Source of the DNA: Pelagomonas calceolata
Lineage: Eukaryota
Length of the DNA stretch: 64,000 nucleotides
Direction: 5' to 3'
Assembly: GCA_918797485.1 (NCBI GenBank)
Contig: CAKKNE010000004.1
Location: 2,418,001-2,482,000 of the forward strand
Below the pieces are notes generated by a model. The model made no database searches, was not told the DNA's origin, and saw only the letters and a program-made list of their open reading frames with translations. This document shows positions 9,510 through 22,543 of this stretch, one piece after another; position 1 is the stretch's first letter, and every line of letters begins with the position of its first letter. The translations under genes were made by a program, and so were the position numbers.

Positions 9510-11963
9510 TTAGGCCCCACCGGCAGCAGTCGCCGCCGCCGCCGGGCCACGCGGTAGCGCACAGAACCTCGGGCACTGGTCTCTGTGCTGATGCTTCCAG
9601 TCGCGCCTCTGACATTCTTGGGAACAGTAGGTCGAAATGCGGCACCGACCGCAGCGCGAGAACGGACTCAGTCCGTCGCCGCCTTGGCGATTCGGGCAGC
9701 CCATCGCGCTGCACTCCCGGCGACCCGCGCCGTCGACGTCCGTCACAGCTACCACTGAGAAGGGAGTACGGCTCGGCCCTGGGCGGTCCATCGCTTCCAC
9801 GTCATCGCACGCCCCCCAATACGTAACCTTTCGTCCCCCTTCAAGATTCATCGTGACCGCGCAATGCGTCGCGGCGGCGAGACCTTCGGGCGCGCCCGTC
9901 GCAAACACTGGCGCCGTCGGCGGCGCCTGTCGAGCGCATCGCGGCAGCCGCGCGACCGCTCGCAGCGCGGTCAGTCCGTTCATTTGGCGGTTCATCATAC
10001 CCTTGAGATAATCATCGTCTCGGATGGCCTCGGCGAGGTCACTGGTCGTGGTCTCGTCCTGCATTTCAATTTCAACGACGCGCTCGCGGCAAAGCGGACA
10101 TTTTCCTAGTTTCCGGGCGCACGCGCCGCACACTTTGTGGCGACACGGCTTCAGGCAGGCGTCGAGGGGCGTCGTTTCTAGGCACACACAGCAAAGATCA
10201 CGGGCCGCCACAACAGGAGCGAGGACCCGCCCCTTGAGGTAGCGTTCGTCAGTCGTAGCATAGGTCAGGTGCACGCACGAAACTCGTCCGTTGGCAACGC
10301 GCGAGCACGCTTCTACCGCGACATCCAGAAAGGATAACCCCTTGCCCCCACCATCGTACGCCGTCATGGCCAGGACCTCATCCCAGGGCCGCGTCGCAAT
10401 ATAAGAATCGTCCACGTGCTCGGAGGCGCACTGGACGTTCTCGAGGCCCAGCACCCGCTTCACATAGTCGTGCGACTCGGCGAACGCAGCGTATACCGGC
10501 ACGGAGAAGAGGGCTCGCAGGCCACACGCCCACTCCATCAGCCGGGTCCCCGCCGCGGGGTCATCGGCGCGCCGGCGCTTCGCCTCGTCCGAGAGCGACG
10601 GCGCGTCCGATTCACCGAGCCACGAAGAGGCGCTGTGGCCGAAGACGGGGTCGCGCATGAGAGCATGCATCGCATCCGCCCCTCCAAAGATATCATCGAC
10701 GTCCTCCTCCGAAAACAACTGCAAAAGCATACTCCACGGCCAAGTCGCCGTACTGCGGCGGATAAAGCCCTTCGCCCCGAGATGCGACGCCGCCGCGCAG
10801 ATCTCGAGTGCGGAGCGGCTGGCCCTTAGGACAATTTCGAGCTCTTGGGCCCACGACTCGAACGTGGCGAAGTCGCCTTCCTCGCCCACGCCCAGGCGCA
10901 CGTCCTCGATGGCGTTGTGCGAGTACTGGACCGTGCTCATAAACCAACAGAGGCGCTTCGCGGGATGGAGCGAGCGCGCGATGGCGCGGATGCGCGCGCT
11001 CAGGGCCATTGCCGTGTCCGCGTGTCCAGCAATGTGCACGAGGAGATCTTCGCGTCGGAGGGCGTCCTGTTGCGACGCGGCTGGTGGCACCAGGTTTTGC
11101 TCTAGGCATTCCCAAGGCACATCGTCGGCGACAAACGGCGCGTATGCGTCGCGCAGGCTCGTCTTGTCGGCGGGCTGCTCGAGGATAACCTTATATGTAA
11201 ATTTGTGCCGGTCCAGCTGCTCGCGCTGGATCCGCTCCTGGATCGCGTCGCGCGCCGCGCTGATCGCGTTCTTCTCGGTCAAATCGTCGGGTGCAGAGTA
11301 ATACCACCAGAGAGCCCTCCGCGCGAGCGCGCGGGCCTCGGCGCGCAGAGTGAACGGCGCCAGCGACGGCTCAGCCAGGAGCTTGCCTTGTAGCGTCGCG
11401 ACGGCGGTCATGAACGTTCCACCACGCAGCCGCTCGGGTAATTCAATCCCCCGCGCCATCGGGCGCATGATGAGGTTCGTGACGTCCGGCATCATCCTCT
11501 CCGCGAAGGCCGCCGCATCGCCGCCGCCGCTCGGCAACAGAGTGGTCGCTTCATCGCCTAGGCCCAGCACGAATTCCGGGTAGAACTGCGTGATCGCCGT
11601 CATGAGTACCTCTTGGGCATGCGCGTCGACGTCAGGATCGTCGAAGGGCAGCTTCGCCATCAGCGCTTGGATGACGCTTTCGAAATCGCCCTTGCCCAGC
11701 AATGGCTTCGAGATCTCGCGGCAGCGCTCGATCAATTCATCGACAGTAGTGCACGCCGGCTGCGTGCCGCGCGCCCGAGTTATGACGGCGTTGATATTGT
11801 TCGGCGCGAGGGTGGCATATAACTCCGCGTAGCCGAGGCGCAGCCGCCAGCTTAAAACGCAGCAGTTGGGTGTGAAGCCTTCCGTGCCGACGGTGTCACC
11901 CATTATTCTGACGGCGTCCTCCATTATTCTGCCGCCGACGGTTTCATCATCGTTCTCGCTCAT
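9510..11963 (-). CDS. RING finger and MYND zinc finger protein
   Basis: CCVC...PCRH.VCGAC....CPLCR (C3HC4 RING) and CSAMGC...CGRC..YCSQECQRRDWKHQHRDQC (MYND). Start taken at the first ATG (MSENDD). Confidence 0.8.
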   Translation of the reverse strand: MSENDDETVGGRIMEDAVRIMGDTVGTEGFTPNCCVLSWRLRLGYAELYATLAPNNINAVITRARGTQPACTTVDELIERCREISKPLLGKGDFESVIQALMAKLPFDDPDVDAHAQEVLMTAITQFYPEFVLGLGDEATTLLPSGGGDAAAFAERMMPDVTNLIMRPMARGIELPERLRGGTFMTAVATLQGKLLAEPSLAPFTLRAEARALARRALWWYYSAPDDLTEKNAISAARDAIQERIQREQLDRHKFTYKVILEQPADKTSLRDAYAPFVADDVPWECLEQNLVPPAASQQDALRREDLLVHIAGHADTAMALSARIRAIARSLHPAKRLCWFMSTVQYSHNAIEDVRLGVGEEGDFATFESWAQELEIVLRASRSALEICAAASHLGAKGFIRRSTATWPWSMLLQLFSEEDVDDIFGGADAMHALMRDPVFGHSASSWLGESDAPSLSDEAKRRRADDPAAGTRLMEWACGLRALFSVPVYAAFAESHDYVKRVLGLENVQCASEHVDDSYIATRPWDEVLAMTAYDGGGKGLSFLDVAVEACSRVANGRVSCVHLTYATTDERYLKGRVLAPVVAARDLCCVCLETTPLDACLKPCRHKVCGACARKLGKCPLCRERVVEIEMQDETTTSDLAEAIRDDDYLKGMMNRQMNGLTALRAVARLPRCARQAPPTAPVFATGAPEGLAAATHCAVTMNLEGGRKVTYWGACDDVEAMDRPGPSRTPFSVVAVTDVDGAGRRECSAMGCPNRQGGDGLSPFSRCGRCRISTYCSQECQRRDWKHQHRDQCPRFCALPRGPAAAATAAGGA

Positions 11964-12382
11964 TATAGTGTTATCGTCCTTGGACCGACTTCGGCGTGTC
12001 CCGACCTCGGCGTGTTCTGCAGGCAGGTTAGATGCTGCAGGTTGAACACTGCACTGCTGCTCTGAACGTTGCTTAATCCACAATGATCACTCCGGTGCTG
12101 ACGTGCTGGGTGCAAAACCAATCCTAGATTGATTCGCAGCCCGTAGATCAAGCCGTGCGGAGGTTGCTCGATCGAAACTAGCGTATAAGCATACTAGCCA
12201 ACCATCCCAAGCTCGCGGTGCACAACGGCTATTGCTGTGCAGGGCGGCGTAAGGAGCAAGAGAGCAGCTCGCGACCACCGCTTGCACTGCTAGTCGCAGC
12301 GCACAGCGTCCAGCTGCACCGCTGCCTCAATTGCTTGCATACAGCAGATCAGCTGCTGCGTGAGGCGAGCCCTACGCCATCG

Positions 12383-13351
12383 ATGCCATCGATGCGCCAC
12401 TCATGGCTCCTCTGCTTGCCGCTGGCCGCGAGCCTCGCCCCGGTGGACCAGATCAAAACGCTGCTCAAACTGGGCCGCATCGATGGCGCCACGGGCTACC
12501 ATGAGCTCGACAGCGGCTTTTGCAACTCGGTCTATCGGGTCGACACGCACAAGAAACCGGTCGTCGTGAAGATCTATTCGGCCATGGCCAAAGCACGGTG
12601 CGCGCCGGCCTGCCGCGGCGTCGTCGACGAGGCCGTGGGCGCGGCGGGCCTCGGACCGCAAATACACGTCCGCACGGACGACGCGCTCGTGGCCGAGTTC
12701 GTCGACGGCGAGACGCTGACGGAGCGCGACTTGAAGGACGAAGAGACAGCGCTGACGATTGCGCCGAAGCTCGCCCAGCTCCACGCCTTGCCCATTCCGC
12801 CGCCGCTGCCGCAGAAGCCGGCGCTCTGGGTCGGCATCGACGCGATGCTCGCTTGCGAAGGCGACGCGCTCGACGCGAGCTTGCTGCGGCGAGAAGCCGC
12901 GCGGATGCGAGACGCCGTCGAGGCCTGCACGCACGCCGACGTGCTGGGCCACGGCGACCTCAAGCCGTCGAACGTCTTGCGATTAAGGCGCGGCGGGATT
13001 ACCTTTATCGACTTCGAGCTTGCGGGCCCAAATTATAGAGGATACGACATCTTTAAACTCTTTCGGACGTCAAAACTGCCGGCGGCGTCCGACGCTTCTC
13101 TACTGTCCTTCGTGGAGGCGTATCTTGGCGAAGGCGCGACGCAACGCGCCGCCGACGCGTGCCTCTTGGAAACGAAGCTCTTCGAGCCGCTCACGTGGCT
13201 CGAGGCGGCGATCTTCTTCTCCTTCGCCGCGGCGACGCTCCCGGAGAAGCGCTCGGAGATGGCGGCCCTCGCGCGGGACCGGTGGGCTGCATACGAGGAT
13301 TGTGCCGGCGCGGGATTTGATGCCGCGGTCAGGAATCTAAATAACACTTAG
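12383..13351 (+). CDS. Choline/ethanolamine kinase (APH/ChoK family)
   Basis: SGFCNSVY, HGDLKPSNVL (Brenner motif), FIDFELAGPNYRGYDI; signal-like N-terminus. Confidence 0.85.
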   Translation: MPSMRHSWLLCLPLAASLAPVDQIKTLLKLGRIDGATGYHELDSGFCNSVYRVDTHKKPVVVKIYSAMAKARCAPACRGVVDEAVGAAGLGPQIHVRTDDALVAEFVDGETLTERDLKDEETALTIAPKLAQLHALPIPPPLPQKPALWVGIDAMLACEGDALDASLLRREAARMRDAVEACTHADVLGHGDLKPSNVLRLRRGGITFIDFELAGPNYRGYDIFKLFRTSKLPAASDASLLSFVEAYLGEGATQRAADACLLETKLFEPLTWLEAAIFFSFAAATLPEKRSEMAALARDRWAAYEDCAGAGFDAAVRNLNNT

Positions 13352-13478
13352 TTGTCGGACGATCACACATGCTCGAAGCCCCTCGCCGGATGACGACGGT
13401 GCCCTCGGAGCCCTGGCCGCCGCAGCCCGCCTCCGCCTCGCACCTGCGCCAGGGTCGTGAGGCGCCCCGAGGGCGCGC

Positions 13479-14032
13479 TCACAACTCTGCCGAGACCCCC
13501 TGGCAGCTCAGCATCTCCATCGTGAAGACCAGAACGGAATTGGCAGGAATATCCGAGCCCATCGCGCGGCCGCCGTACGCGATCTCGGGCGGGCAGACGA
13601 GCTCCCACTTCGAGCCGACCTTCATCTTCTGCATGGCCTCCGTCCAGGCCGCGATGACTTGCCGCGGCGCGAAGGTCGTCGGCTGGCCGCGCGCGTAGCT
13701 CGAGTCGAAGGTCTTGCCCGACGGGTAGTTCGTCGCCGTGCGGCCCTCGTAGTGGCACCTGCGCGAGCGGCGGGTCGCGGCGACGGCGTCGGGGGACGCT
13801 CGCATGTCGAAGGGACGAGGACGCCGCGCGCGCGCGAGCAGGGCGTCGCCAATTCGGGAGAGCCGCCGGAGCCGTCCTTGAGGACGCGGTACATGAGGCC
13901 CGAGTCCGTGACTTGGGTTCCTTCGCCCGTGGCGTACTCCTCGAGGAACGCCGTCTCCTTCGCGTTCGCGGCCGTCTTCTTGACCGCCGCTAGCGCACTC
14001 GGCAGGAGGAGCGCGATGAGAGCGAGCTTCAT
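13479..14032 (-). CDS. FKBP-type peptidyl-prolyl isomerase, ER-targeted; GC-AG intron 13759-13835
   Basis: Signal peptide MKLALIALLL; SGLMYRVL, CHYEG, FDSSY, WTEAM, PPEIAYG, IPANSVLVF; C-terminal SAEL; the intron restores the frame. Confidence 0.9.
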
Positions 14033-14230
14033 CGTTGACCTGCGCGACGACGCTCTCCGCGACTGCACGTGGAAAATGTGCCGGCAGCCTATCTCTCAAA
14101 CTAGGCAGTGTCGCGCAGGACCGCTTGCAGCGAAGTAGCGTGGCAGCAAAAGGTGTGTGACCAGCGCCGGCGGCGTGCAATTTTAGCACTGCTTGGCACG
14201 TTTGCGGCTCCAGCTCCAGGTGTCGGATTA

Positions 14231-14255
14231 GCTAGCGGCCTTGTAAGACACTAGC
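14231..14255. promoter_or_regulatory. Bipartite upstream motif between divergent FKBP and ABC-F genes
   Basis: gctagcggccttgtaagacactagc. Confidence 0.6.
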
Positions 14256-14564
14256 AATCAGCAGCCGTCCTCTTTTCGATATGAGGAGCCTTGGAGGCCT
14301 CTTCAGAGCCGTATGATGCACCCTTTCGCGTTGCCTACTCCAGTCCTTTTGGCAGTCCTCAGCTGAGGCTGGCTGCAGTCAGTGTGTTGCGCTTGTGGGA
14401 GCATAGCAGTCATTTACACGTGCAGGACCACTGCTGCATAGCTACAGTAGCGCTGCAACCGGAACCGTCATCGGACAAGTACTTGGGAGAGCTGCTCTCA
14501 GAGCTGCACGCACTGCACTGCACACATCTCAAACGCGCGACGAACGACGCAATAAATCCGTGAA

Positions 14565-16559
<1,995 letters not shown>

Positions 16560-16605
16560 GTAAGTTGTTGAAAACTAGCGGTCTTTCGCGTGCGCAACGC
16601 GCTTT

Positions 16606-16628
16606 GCTAGTGTCTTACAGGTGCTAGC
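16606..16628. promoter_or_regulatory. Bipartite upstream motif
   Basis: gctagtgtcttacaggtgctagc, upstream of ATG 16912. Confidence 0.55.
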
Positions 16629-16911
16629 TATCAGGCCAAGCAAAGTCTTGGTGTCTGTGAGCACACGTCATATAAACAAGTCCTCTAAAACCGCCAGTAC
16701 GTGTCCAGTGTCGTGTCTCAAAACCGTATTAATCACCCTTGACTCGAAGCGCATTGCGTGTCGAAGTGTAAGACTTCAATTTTGTGTGTCAGAGTTGGTT
16801 AGACTGCGTTTTTGCGCCATCGCGGCCATAGAACACGACATCGCGGCCATCGTAATGGCTCACGTAGTTCGTGCCCGCTTAACCCTTCTCGCGCAGGTCA
16901 ATTTTGCAAGC

Positions 16912-17734
16912 ATGAAGTGTGTTGTCGCCCTCGCGCTCGCGCTCACGGCGCAAGCCATCGAAATTGACTGGCGCATTCCGGGCGCCGAGCAACTCCCACC
17001 CGTGACCGTGGACCCGTCGAATGACGTCGCCTCGACGATAACATTCAAGTGGAGCTTTACCCACAACGTCTACGAGATGCCTAGCGAGGCTGCAATGAAC
17101 TCGTGCGATTTCTCCGGCGCCAAGGAGATCGCGGGTTCGTCGTCCGGCGGCTCCGTCACCGTCGACGCGCCCGCCGCCGGCGAGACGAAGTACTACGCGT
17201 GCGAGGTCGGCAGCCACTGCAACGCGGGCCAGCGCGTGGCGATCACGAGCGAAGGCGCGCCGGTGGACCCGACGCCCGATGAGCCGACGATGAACATTGT
17301 CGAGACGGCCCAAAACACCGATATTTTGTCAACGCTCGTGCAAGCCGTCGTCGCCGCGGACCTCGTCGACACGCTGTCCGGCCCCGGCCCGTTCACGGTC
17401 TTCGCGCCCACGAACGATGCATTCGCCGCATTGGGTAGCACGGTCGACGACCTGCTCAAGCCCGAGAACAAGGATCAACTGGTGAATATCTGTGTGAAAA
17501 TCAACCAGTTTGTCGGGGTGCGGAGAATTCACGCCCACGATCAACGGCGACTCGGTCATCGGTCCGGCGGACGTGCTCGCGACGAACGGTGTAATCCACG
17601 TCATCGACACGGTCTTGATGCCCGGGAGTGACGACGAGCCGACGATGGGCCCGACGGCCATGGAGGAGTCGGACTCCGCGGGCCGCGCGAGCCTGGCGGT
17701 CGCCGCCGCGGCCGCGGTCGCCTACGTGCTCTAG
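16912..17734 (+). pseudogene. Phytocyanin-like cupredoxin plus fasciclin (FAS1) cell-surface protein, disrupted at about 17490-17530
   Basis: Signal peptide; HNVY and [14 protein letters not shown] copper site; [10 protein letters not shown] and [11 protein letters not shown] of FAS1 lie in different frames, the central part is missing, and an introner left end sits at the break; hydrophobic GPI-like tail. Confidence 0.7.
17490..17521 (+). mobile_element. Truncated introner (left end only)
   Basis: ctgtgtgaaaatcaaccagtttgtcggggtgc matches the ends of other copies; no right TIR or second TSD. Confidence 0.75.
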
Positions 17735-17823
17735 ACACATGTCCATACTCGGGAGTCGCCCCGCTCCCGAAAGACCCTCCCCGTTCCACTACCCCGCGCG
17801 TCCTACTCTGATGTTAACTCAAC

Positions 17824-18663
17824 TTAACTGGTAGACACGGCCACCGTGCCCTGCCCGACCCCCACAATGTTCTGCACGTGCGGCAGCCGGAGGACGCGAT
17901 CCCGTTCCGCGTCCGAGAGCCGGTACTCGCCGCGCGACTCGAGCGCTTCCTTGTACCAGCCCCGCGCGAGATTGAGGTGGTCCGGGATTCGCGGCGCGAC
18001 GCCCGCCTCATTCCCGGACGCCTTGCACAACACATCAAAGGCCTCCTGCGCGTCGAGGGCGTCGTAGTAGTGCAGCTGCCCAAGCGCCGCCGCCGCCGCC
18101 GCGACGCCGGCTCTAGCGGACAGCGTCAGCGTCTCTAAAGCTAATAATCGCTCCGGGTCGTCATCTTCACGCTCCGGCTTCTCGCGATACCGATCCAAAG
18201 CGTACTTGCCTACCAATGCTCTAGCTAACGACGCGTGGGGCCCCGTCGGTTTCTTTTTTAGTAGCTCGCGCAATCGCTGATGTTCTTGAATGGGGTCCCC
18301 CGTGCCCGTCTCGCCACAAACCCTACAAGGCGTGGAGGAACCCACCGCGACCAAGGCGTCGCAGTTCGCGACCTCAGACAAAGCGCCGCAGCAGGCACAC
18401 AGGCTCTTCGTACGCCGCGGCGGCGCGCAGCGCTTCTTGTGGTTCGGCCACGCTTTCCTCTGGCAGTCGACGCCGCAGTAGGCCACACTTTTACATTTCG
18501 AGCACCGCAGCACCCGCCGGCAGGCCTGCTCGCAGTAGCCACAGAATAAGACTTCTTTCTTGGGCGGCGGCTTCTTAGACGTCCCTTGGACCGGGTCCTT
18601 CTCGGGCAGGCCGCGGATGGGGACCTCGATGCCGGCTATGTTTACTGTGGGCTGCTGCTCCAT
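17824..18663 (-). CDS. MYND zinc finger protein
   Basis: CGYC...CSKC..AYCGVDCQRKAWPNHKKRC. Confidence 0.85.
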   Translation of the reverse strand: MEQQPTVNIAGIEVPIRGLPEKDPVQGTSKKPPPKKEVLFCGYCEQACRRVLRCSKCKSVAYCGVDCQRKAWPNHKKRCAPPRRTKSLCACCGALSEVANCDALVAVGSSTPCRVCGETGTGDPIQEHQRLRELLKKKPTGPHASLARALVGKYALDRYREKPEREDDDPERLLALETLTLSARAGVAAAAAALGQLHYYDALDAQEAFDVLCKASGNEAGVAPRIPDHLNLARGWYKEALESRGEYRLSDAERDRVLRLPHVQNIVGVGQGTVAVSTS

Positions 18664-19132
18664 TGGGGCAGCCGCGTCGATGGCGTTTTGGTGTGGTTAT
18701 TGCCTTCCTTGCTTTGCACCGATGGCCGGAGAGGCAGGCGCGGCTTCGAGATCGAGGGCAGCTTGTAATGACACACTAGCCCGCCCGGCCGAAGTACGGT
18801 ACGGGTCCGGCAGGCGACTCAGCAGCCGGTGGGCGGGAGTAATCCTCGGTCGGCGGACGAATCGAGGCGCTCGGTCTCGGCCAAAGCGCCCACTGCACTT
18901 GGCAAAACGAGCCCTGGTTCACCGCCGTCGGAGGACCGGCCAGCTGCACTGGCACTTGAAAACTGCCAGAAAATATTCATAGAGCTGGGTGAGATCATAA
19001 ATTCACGGGGCAACGCTGTCTCGGACGTCAACACAGCCGGGTGAGGTCACCCCCACGAATAACTCAAATCACACAAAAACGAGGGGCGCGTGAAGCGCCG
19101 TCGAGGCCGCCTGCGCATCCGAAAGACCCAGA

Positions 19133-20623
19133 ATGGGCGCCGAGCCCCAACTAGACCTGCCCGCACCCCCGGACACGGCGACGGGCCGCAAGCGCGACGC
19201 GACCGGCCAGAGCAGACAAAAGCACGGCCCCTACCGCGCCGGCCAGCGCGTCGACGTCTTAGATACGGTGAACAAGTGGGCCGAGGCCGACGTTATTAAG
19301 GTCGATACGCAAGGACGGAGGATCAAAGTCGCCTACGTGGGCTGGAGCGCGCGCTGGGACGAGTGGCTCCAATGGGATGATGAACGTATATCACAACACC
19401 ACTCCCAGACTTATATTGCGGGCGCGAGACCACGGCCGGGCCAGCGCATCGAAGCTAAAGATGACAGAGGCCAGTGGTTGGAGGCGGAGGTCCTGGAGGT
19501 GCGAGACGATGCCGCGTTCTGCCACTACAAGGGCTTCCATCGAAAGTTCGACGAGTGGCTGCCGTTAGAAGGCAGTCGTTTGAGACCCTTCGGTTCTACG
19601 AAGCCTCGACGGGAAGTGGAGATCGATTCTCGAGACGTTGTCGCGCGAAGTTGTGATAGCGACGATCTGGTCGAGGTGTTAGGCGTGAAGGGCCCGAAAC
19701 TCAGGGAACGCCAGGTCCAGGGCGACGTGTTTGAAAGATACCGCAAGTCTCTGCAGCGAAGGGGTCTGAGAGTACATCGAGTCGAAGGTGACGGGAATTG
19801 TCTGTTCCGATCGGTGTCGCACCAAGTTTATGGGGATGACAAGCACCACGGTTTAGCTCGAAGGAGTGTGGCCGACTACATGAGTTTAGAAAGGCCCTTC
19901 TTCCAGTCGTTCGTCGAGGGCGACGGCGACGCCTTCGACAGATATATATCAGAAAAGCGGCGCGACGGCTCCTGGGGCGACGAGCCCGAGATCCAGGCGC
20001 TCTGCGAGTTGTACGATCGGCCATGCGAGGTCTGGGCCTACGACGCCGGCATGGACCCTCGGAAAGGAGGCGGCGCGCGAATTTTGCGGACTTTTCATGC
20101 TGCCGCGAAGGGTGGTTCCGTCATGCGCCTGTCGTACTACGGCGGCGGCCACTACGACTCGCTGGTCAATGATAGTGATGAGTTCGATCCGCTGGCCGAT
20201 CCTGGTTCACGCGAATTACTCGCGTTGCAGAAAGCTAGAGCGCGCAAGACCAATGCAGACGCTTCTTCGGCTCTTGCCGTGTCGGACGCGGAGGCTACGG
20301 AACGAGCAGCCGTGGAACAAGCCTTGAGTGCGTCTAGAGCGGCCTACGACGGCGCGGCGGACCTCGAGGCCGCCCTCCAAGCGTCGCTGAGCGCCCAGCG
20401 CGAGGCCGAGACGAGCGACCTGCAGAGCGAGCTCGACGCGGCGGCCCTGCGCCGGGCCGAGGACGACGATTTGGCAAGGGCCATCGCGCTGTCGTCCGAC
20501 GCGGCGCCGCAGCAGGGCGACGCCGACCTCGCGGCGGCGATCGACCTCTCCGCGGCCGACGCCGCGGCGGGCGACGACTTCCTCCTCGCGCAGGCGCTCG
20601 CGGCGTCGATCGAGGACACGTGA
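19133..20623 (+). CDS. OTU deubiquitinase (OTUD5-like) with two MBT/Tudor-knot-like repeats and UIM-like tail
   Basis: GDGNCLFRSV, WGDEPEIQAL, LSYYGGGHYDSL; YVGWSARWDEW and HYKGFHRKFDEW repeats; DDDLARAIALS. Confidence 0.9.
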   Translation: MGAEPQLDLPAPPDTATGRKRDATGQSRQKHGPYRAGQRVDVLDTVNKWAEADVIKVDTQGRRIKVAYVGWSARWDEWLQWDDERISQHHSQTYIAGARPRPGQRIEAKDDRGQWLEAEVLEVRDDAAFCHYKGFHRKFDEWLPLEGSRLRPFGSTKPRREVEIDSRDVVARSCDSDDLVEVLGVKGPKLRERQVQGDVFERYRKSLQRRGLRVHRVEGDGNCLFRSVSHQVYGDDKHHGLARRSVADYMSLERPFFQSFVEGDGDAFDRYISEKRRDGSWGDEPEIQALCELYDRPCEVWAYDAGMDPRKGGGARILRTFHAAAKGGSVMRLSYYGGGHYDSLVNDSDEFDPLADPGSRELLALQKARARKTNADASSALAVSDAEATERAAVEQALSASRAAYDGAADLEAALQASLSAQREAETSDLQSELDAAALRRAEDDDLARAIALSSDAAPQQGDADLAAAIDLSAADAAAGDDFLLAQALAASIEDT

Positions 20624-20852
20624 CCGGTCGCTCCCTCCCCCATGTTTCCTAAGCCAGTTTCAAGACTACTAGTACTCGGCCCGGGCCCGCGGCGTCTACG
20701 GCGAGTCGGCGACTCGGACTCGGACTACTAGTACCGTACGCTTGCCGGAGGAACGGCCGAGGCCAAGAAAAGCGCAGGCCCTCGCGGCGTCGATCGAGGA
20801 CACGTGACCGGTCGCTCCCTCCCCCATGTTTCCTAAGCCAGTTTCAAGACTA
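20588..20852 (+). repeat. 81-bp direct duplication of the OTU gene 3' end (20588-20668 and 20772-20852)
   Basis: gcgcaggc.ctcgcggcgtcgatcgaggacacgtga...caagacta occurs twice with one mismatch and a 103-bp spacer. Confidence 0.9.
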
Positions 20853-21065
20853 TTAAGGTTAGCGATCGCGCCGGCGGGCGGCGAGCGCGATCTGGAACGT
20901 GTGCGCGCTCTTGCGCAGCACACACAGTCTTCATAGGTCAGGCTGGTGAATTTGGCGTGTGAGTGAGCATGGGATAGATTGATGAATTGGGCGGCGGCGG
21001 CGGCGCGGCCGCACACAGGCGTAGGAGTGAGCATGGGTCAGCATGATGAATTGGGCGGCGCGGCT

Positions 21066-22187
21066 CTATCTCGGTCCGCGCCACGTCGTGATGCGTCTCC
21101 GCGGCGCGGCGTAGTCCCCGCGCGGCCGCAGGAAGATCCCGTCGAGCTCGCGCATCTCCGCGCGGCTCGGCGCGAAGTCACTGGAGGCGAGGTTGTCCTT
21201 CATATAAACCGTCGACGTCGTCCCGGAGAGGGGCTGCGCGCCCTGCTGGCGCAGGTAGCTGAACAGGACCTGCTCCGGATCGACGTGGTGCGCGAGGGCC
21301 GCGGCCGTCACGGCCGGCGATTTGAGCTGCTGGCCGTTCGCGGAGAGGACCCAGAAGGGCTGATAGATTATACCGTGCCTTTGACAGAAGATCCGGATCT
21401 CCGCGTCGTGGCCGAGCTGCGGCGAGAAGCGGTTCTGGAGCACGCGCGGCTTGACCGCGGCCTCCTGATAAATCCGCTCGAAGCGACGCACGTCGTGGAG
21501 GTTCGAAATCCCCAACTGCGTCACGAAGCCCAGTTCGACCTGCCGCTCCATGGCGCGCCAGGCCTCCATGGTCCGCTCGTGCGTCTCCAACGGCCCGTGG
21601 AGCAGCAGCGCGTCGACGGAAGTGACCTGGAGATTCTTGAGCGACACCTGGAGGCTCTGCGCGACCTGGTCTGACAGCGGCGCCGCGGGGTCGTACGGCA
21701 CGTCCTCTCCCTGGTGCAGCGCGGGCGTGAACTTCGTCTGGAGCCAGACCGCCTCGCGGCCGATGCCGTGCTTGGCGGCGAGCGTCCGCAGCGCCTCCCC
21801 TACTAAATCCTCGCGGTAGTGCTGCGGCTGGCAGGCCGTGTCGACGCCGCGGAAGCCCGCCAGGACGGCATCCACCACATTCGTCGCGGTCTGGTCCTCC
21901 TTCCAGGCCGACCCATAGAGCAGGGGCAGCCGGTTGCCCCAGTGCCGGTCCCGACCCAAGACGAGGCCGCTGCCGGGGCTCCTCGCGCGAGTTCCGGGCC
22001 ACGCCAGGCCGAGGACGACCAGCGTCATGGCTGCGACGATGAGTAGTTGCCGCGTGTTCGGCGCCGGCCGTCTCCGCGCCGGCGGCTGCGTGCCGTCGTC
22101 CCCGCGGAACGCCAGCGGCAGCGGGGGCCCGTCGAAGAACGCGCCCGCGCCGGCCGGCGGCGTGCCGTCGAAGGAGCGCCGCGACAT
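21066..22187 (-). CDS. Aldo/keto reductase with N-terminal membrane anchor
   Basis: GFRGVDTA, Y.E..VGEAL, WLQTKF, DALLLHGP, LGISN. Confidence 0.9.
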   Translation of the reverse strand: MSRRSFDGTPPAGAGAFFDGPPLPLAFRGDDGTQPPARRRPAPNTRQLLIVAAMTLVVLGLAWPGTRARSPGSGLVLGRDRHWGNRLPLLYGSAWKEDQTATNVVDAVLAGFRGVDTACQPQHYREDLVGEALRTLAAKHGIGREAVWLQTKFTPALHQGEDVPYDPAAPLSDQVAQSLQVSLKNLQVTSVDALLLHGPLETHERTMEAWRAMERQVELGFVTQLGISNLHDVRRFERIYQEAAVKPRVLQNRFSPQLGHDAEIRIFCQRHGIIYQPFWVLSANGQQLKSPAVTAAALAHHVDPEQVLFSYLRQQGAQPLSGTTSTVYMKDNLASSDFAPSRAEMRELDGIFLRPRGDYAAPRRRITTWRGPR

Positions 22188-22543
22188 CCCGAGTCAGGGC
22201 AGCCTGCGCTCAGCGCAGGTGAGGGCAGCTTGTCCAAACGCCGCGCCGACGGCGTTTTGCGAGGGCCCGCGCCGTCTTGTCGGCCGGTGGCTTCTGACAC
22301 GAGCGACGCCCCGTGTCGTCCGCCGGGCGCGCGGCCGCGTTGGGTGAATCTCAGATTTGAGTCTGCCAAGCTGCTATTCGTTCAGCTCCACTAGGATCAC
22401 GGGGCAGCTCTCTGCGCGGCAGGAGTGGCCGTCGTAGAGCCCTGGCACTACGCTTCAGAGCGTAGGAAAAAAATTGGCACTTCGACGCCGTCGCCGCGGC
22501 ACGGACGTAAGGTACACACGTTAGTATGAGGGAGGGAGACGAC

